A DNA stretch of 63,994 nucleotides, counting the filler, from an uncultured bacterium (GTDB taxonomy: Bacteria > Hinthialibacterota > Hinthialibacteria > Hinthialibacterales > Hinthialibacteraceae), in NCBI GenBank assembly GCA_964449065.1. It is 6 parts of 6 records of this genome, joined end to end, with 100 filler letters (N's around TTAATTAATTAA, not from the genome) between each part and the next. Parts side by side here need not be neighbours in the genome. Positions count along the whole stretch, not along the records: positions 55,984 to 63,994 come from CAYVAZ010000236.1; 5 more parts are not named here. One strand, given 5' to 3'. Shown in pieces: positions 60,374 through 63,994 of this stretch. How positions within the stretch are numbered: position 1 is the stretch's first letter; each line of letters opens with the position of its first letter. The notes under the pieces were generated by a model. That model searched no databases. It was not told the DNA's origin and saw only the letters and a program-made list of their open reading frames with translations. The position numbers and the translations under genes were made by a program.

Positions 60374-61903
60374 TTAGAACAAACTCCAGTTGTTGACATG
60401 GGTGCCGGCGAATGGGTTTTCTAAAACGGTGATGACGTTTTGGTTGGCTTCGGTAAACGCGGTTCCGTCGCCGTCCGGATCAATCATGCCGGAAGCGGAC
60501 CGGGCGGAAATTAAGATTTGTGTATCGCTCATGGCGACATCGCAGTGTTGCGTGTTTACACCGTTGATTTCACCCTCCGGTGAGCCAAAGCCTAAATCGG
60601 CATCTTGGAACGCCAGAAACGATTCCGTGACCGGATTCAAATCCGCGTCGTAAATGCGCGCGACAATTTGGGATGTTTCACTATTGGCATTATCAGACCA
60701 GGCAACACAAACGTTGCCTTTGCTGTCGATATCCAAGCTGACACGCTGGGCTTGCGCGAAGTTGTCGTATCCATTCTCGTCTTGGGGTTGTTCATTCACC
60801 CGAATGTTGGCGATGGTTTGTTGTGTGCCGGCATCGATAACGGTTAAATAGACCCAGCCGCTCGTTCCAAAGAAGTCCAATCCATATCCGGCATAGTAAA
60901 TTTTATTATCATCAATATTGGAGCGGATGCGGATATGGTCGCCGCGGTTGCCGGAATTGATGGAGGTGGTGAACCCATCGGGATTGGCAACATCAAATAA
61001 GGGATCGTCCGGATTGTCAGTGGGAATTTGATCCCACAAACCTTGGAAATTGCCATCATTGTCATAGAACTGAAGGGTAACAGGCCCATCGGCATTTCTC
61101 GGAGAATCCAAGCGGATGGCAAACCCGCCGTCATACGCGGTTAAATTTTCCCAATAAGAGTGGCTGAATCCATCGTTATCAAAGTTGAAGGGGCCTTTGA
61201 CGATGCTGCCGTCTTCGCGAACGATGCTGCCAAAGGCAAAGCGGTCTTCGGTGCGGTCTTCGCCCACCGCGACAAAGTTGCCGTTGGATAACGCCGCGAC
61301 TCCGCCTTTGCGGATTTTCCCGACAAACTGTCCGGTCATGCCGCCATACACCGGATCAAACACATTGGAAATTGGCTGGGGGCCGTTCGGTGTCAGTTCA
61401 AAGATTTGGCAGGCCCAAATATGGTCAGAGTAATCGTTTTGCCAGCGTCCATCGCTATCAAACGCGCTGATAAACTGCGGCGTTGCCTCATTGCCAACTA
61501 TATAACGGGTGCTTCCGGGACGGCGGTCACCCGCGATGGTCGGCGGGTTGCCGTCTTGGCGGATTTCATCCATGTTTTCGGTAAAGGGTTCACCGCTATC
61601 GGTGTAATAGCCGGCGTATTCGGCGAGGCTTCCATCCGGTCGAACGGCAACCACTCCCGCTCTTTCCCCTCCGTTATCCCCGAAGGTGTTCACGGCTAAA
61701 AGCAATGTGCCATCCCCTAACTTGCTGGCATATCCTTCCCAGTTTGAGTTGTTGTCAACATCCATGTCAAATACGATGGTATTGGGGATCAATACATTGA
61801 CCCCGGCGTCTTGCGGTGATCCGTTGCGGGTTTGTGACATGGCAACGGATCCGGTTATAGAAACGGCTATTGATGCGGCAATAATTTTTGATGCGTGAAA
61901 CAT
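60374..61903 (-). CDS. Secreted hypothetical beta-rich (propeller-like) protein
   Basis: Signal peptide; GGAGG RBS; D/N/G-rich; ends THVNNWSLF. Confidence 0.8.
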   Translation of the reverse strand: MFHASKIIAASIAVSITGSVAMSQTRNGSPQDAGVNVLIPNTIVFDMDVDNNSNWEGYASKLGDGTLLLAVNTFGDNGGERAGVVAVRPDGSLAEYAGYYTDSGEPFTENMDEIRQDGNPPTIAGDRRPGSTRYIVGNEATPQFISAFDSDGRWQNDYSDHIWACQIFELTPNGPQPISNVFDPVYGGMTGQFVGKIRKGGVAALSNGNFVAVGEDRTEDRFAFGSIVREDGSIVKGPFNFDNDGFSHSYWENLTAYDGGFAIRLDSPRNADGPVTLQFYDNDGNFQGLWDQIPTDNPDDPLFDVANPDGFTTSINSGNRGDHIRIRSNIDDNKIYYAGYGLDFFGTSGWVYLTVIDAGTQQTIANIRVNEQPQDENGYDNFAQAQRVSLDIDSKGNVCVAWSDNANSETSQIVARIYDADLNPVTESFLAFQDADLGFGSPEGEINGVNTQHCDVAMSDTQILISARSASGMIDPDGDGTAFTEANQNVITVLENPFAGTHVNNWSLF

Positions 61904-62153
61904 AGTTACTCTCCTCCGATATTTAAGATACATAACTGTAAAGGAAAAATTCTTGAAAAGCAAATCCTTTATGTTAAAGAATCGTTAATTTTATATAATG
62001 ATTTTATGAGGTGGATAGAAGTTGTATATAGATAGAAATGAACGTATATGATATTAATCAATAATTTTTAATAATATAATTTTAATTATACAGTAAATAT
62101 AAGTTTTTAAACAATAAAATGAGTTTCATCATACGTCTATATCTTTAAGGTGT

Positions 62154-63299
62154 TTAACGCTGGTTTTCATATTCGGTGAGGATTGTTTCGATTGTCATTC
62201 GGTATTCGCGGTCGGTATAGGGTTTGATGATGTAGGAATGTACCGGTAAATGAATTGCCGCTTTGACGATTTCGTCTACATATTTCGGTCCGGCAATAAT
62301 CAGTTCGGGATAAACACTTAATTTTTTTGATACGATTTGATTGAGCATGGTTAACAAATTCAGTTCTTGCAACTCAATATCGATGACAACATAATGGTGT
62401 TCGTACTCTAAAATTTTATTGACGGCTTCGTGCATAAGTGTGACGGCAATCACGGACTCTCCGCTGTCTTCGATGGGGAGCAGCAATTTCTTGTGATTGG
62501 TTTTTTTGGTGGAAACGACCAAAAACCTCAACCCGTTTGATGCGGGTGATTCCGGGTGGGAATCTTGGATATCTGCCGGTATCGGTTGAACCGGTGCCTG
62601 CTTACCGGACAGCGTGGTATGGATATTGTAGGTGTTTGAAACATTGCAGCAGAAAATACACTCGCCTTTTAAATTCTGGACGAGTTGTTCTGTATTCTTG
62701 TGATCCCTTCCATAAATAATTGTTGTGACGAGGGATTCCGACTCGCAGGTTTTGAATAAGCTTTTTACCACGGAACCGGCTGCCCCCACAAACCCGGTTA
62801 TCTTTTCCAGAGAAAACACAAATTCAGATACTTGGCGTTTGAAGGTGTTTACCAACGTTTGCAGCAAGACGCTGGATTCCAGATTAATTTCCCCTTCCAT
62901 TACAATTACGGCCACGTGTTTGGTGAGAAACGAGTACAATACCGATTTATCCCGGTACCAGCGGCGGAATTCAACCGAAGTGTTTTCTTCGGCAAACTGG
63001 ATACCGAATTCGTTTCGTGATGCAAGCCGGACGACTTTGCCCATGCGGGTCACGGGGTATCGCATCAGTTGGCGCGGGGTAAGAGTTTCCGGTGTGAGCG
63101 GTTCCCCAAAACAGGGGGTTAGCAAATACAGATCATCGCCTAGATCCAAAGGTTCATCCGAGCGGATCAACATACCGCTGGCACTTTCGTTTACGATTGT
63201 GCACACGTGAACCTCTTTGGATTTTTCTTTGCACCACAAGGCGTTTTCATCAAGCGATTTGCGTTCTTCGCGGTGGCGAATAATATGCGAAAGTGCCAT
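62154..63299 (-). CDS. PilZ-STAS-(pseudo)receiver multidomain protein
   Basis: RHREER and NESASG (PilZ); VIVMEGEI..FSLEKITGF (STAS-like); YVVIDI..YIIKPY (REC-like). Confidence 0.7.
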   Translation of the reverse strand: MALSHIIRHREERKSLDENALWCKEKSKEVHVCTIVNESASGMLIRSDEPLDLGDDLYLLTPCFGEPLTPETLTPRQLMRYPVTRMGKVVRLASRNEFGIQFAEENTSVEFRRWYRDKSVLYSFLTKHVAVIVMEGEINLESSVLLQTLVNTFKRQVSEFVFSLEKITGFVGAAGSVVKSLFKTCESESLVTTIIYGRDHKNTEQLVQNLKGECIFCCNVSNTYNIHTTLSGKQAPVQPIPADIQDSHPESPASNGLRFLVVSTKKTNHKKLLLPIEDSGESVIAVTLMHEAVNKILEYEHHYVVIDIELQELNLLTMLNQIVSKKLSVYPELIIAGPKYVDEIVKAAIHLPVHSYIIKPYTDREYRMTIETILTEYENQR

Positions 63300-63401
63300 T
63301 TACGATTCCCTGTTCCTTCACATGCTTTCATGGATGGAGTTTAATACAGTCTATCTGAATTCGGCTTTTCGGGAAATTGCCGGTTATTGATTGTTATCTT
63401 T

Positions 63402-63767
63402 ATGTTTAAGATCGTTTCTATAGTTGTGATGGTTTTACTTATCATCGGTTTATTTAACCGACGAACCCCCCGGATTCATATCCCTTTAATGAGTGTCGCG
63501 TTTGTTACCGATTTGTTGTTGGTATTGTATATTGAATGGAAGCGTTCTGTGGTGGAGATGGTGGTGGAAGAATCGGCTTCTATGCCGTTGCTGCTGCAAA
63601 TCCATGTTCCCATCTCGATCATAGCGTTTTTGTTGTATTTTCCGCTGATAACACTCGGTATTCTTCTCGCCCGCGGCAAAAAATATTTGCAGCCGTGGCA
63701 TAGGCGGTTTGGTATAACGTTTATCATCTTTCGAAGTTTGAATTTAATCACCAGTTTTTTTATCTGA
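63402..63767 (+). CDS. Small 4-TM membrane protein (DUF420-like)
   Basis: Hydrophobic helices with His at HIPLM, IHV and WHRR. Confidence 0.7.
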   Translation: MFKIVSIVVMVLLIIGLFNRRTPRIHIPLMSVAFVTDLLLVLYIEWKRSVVEMVVEESASMPLLLQIHVPISIIAFLLYFPLITLGILLARGKKYLQPWHRRFGITFIIFRSLNLITSFFI

Positions 63768-63823
63768 TGCGTTAACCCCATTCATTTTTTCTTAACGTTA
63801 AATCTATCAGTATGTTACTGAAT

Positions 63824-63994
63824 ACTCATGTTACTTACTACATTATGATAGGCCCGTTTTTCTCATCGTTCGCTGAATCTACCGCCCTCGCCCACTGGGA
63901 GAGGGACGGGGTGAGGGTTCGGGAGGAATAAACCTCTATTTACGCGACTGCGTCATAGGGAGCAATCGCTCTCTTCGCCCTCATCTCTTATCTT
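63824..63994 (-). repeat. Family A element copy 3 (reverse, cut by window end)
   Basis: ACTCATGTTAC ... CGCCCTCGCCCACTGGGAGAGGG ... GAGCAATCGCTCTCTTCGCCCTCATCTCTTATCTT. Confidence 0.85.

Overview
Bacterial DNA that is not one continuous locus. Six contigs are joined by five artificial 100-nt N/TTAATTAATTAA/N linkers, and the four complete contigs fall in size (11205, 11087, 10948, 10940 nt), so neighbours across linkers carry no biological meaning. Gene content includes PSCyt/DUF1501 genes, many Tat-exported oxidoreductases, a GFTLIELL..AVPNFLNAQ pseudopilin and a Pro/Thr-rich cohesin-dockerin protein. This suggests a diderm with a planctomycete-like gene repertoire, tentatively an OLB16/Hinthialibacter- or Sumerlaeota-like lineage (inference). 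Ordinary genes include amylosucrase, a cold-shock protein, a nonulosonate-type sugar-modification cluster, an NtrC-type regulator, fba and a desaturase. Most notable: (1) an AT-rich five-gene operon (45201-49375) with two paralogous Cys-rich secreted proteins, a DUF1573-like lipoprotein and a GT-C-like membrane enzyme, preceded by a sigma70 promoter with a G14 tract in its spacer (candidate phase-variable secreted/glycosylated protein system); (2) a single-chain tandem class III nucleotide cyclase whose catalytic residues are split complementarily between its two domains, with Glu at the purine-specificity position; (3) a cohesin-dockerin-cohesin protein beside a PorV/FadL-like barrel; (4) abundant modular IR-bounded mini-elements carrying REP hairpins; (5) toxin-antitoxin modules, several with dead or missing toxins, interleaved with duplicated gene 3' ends. 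No rRNA, tRNA, CRISPR array or transposase was seen.
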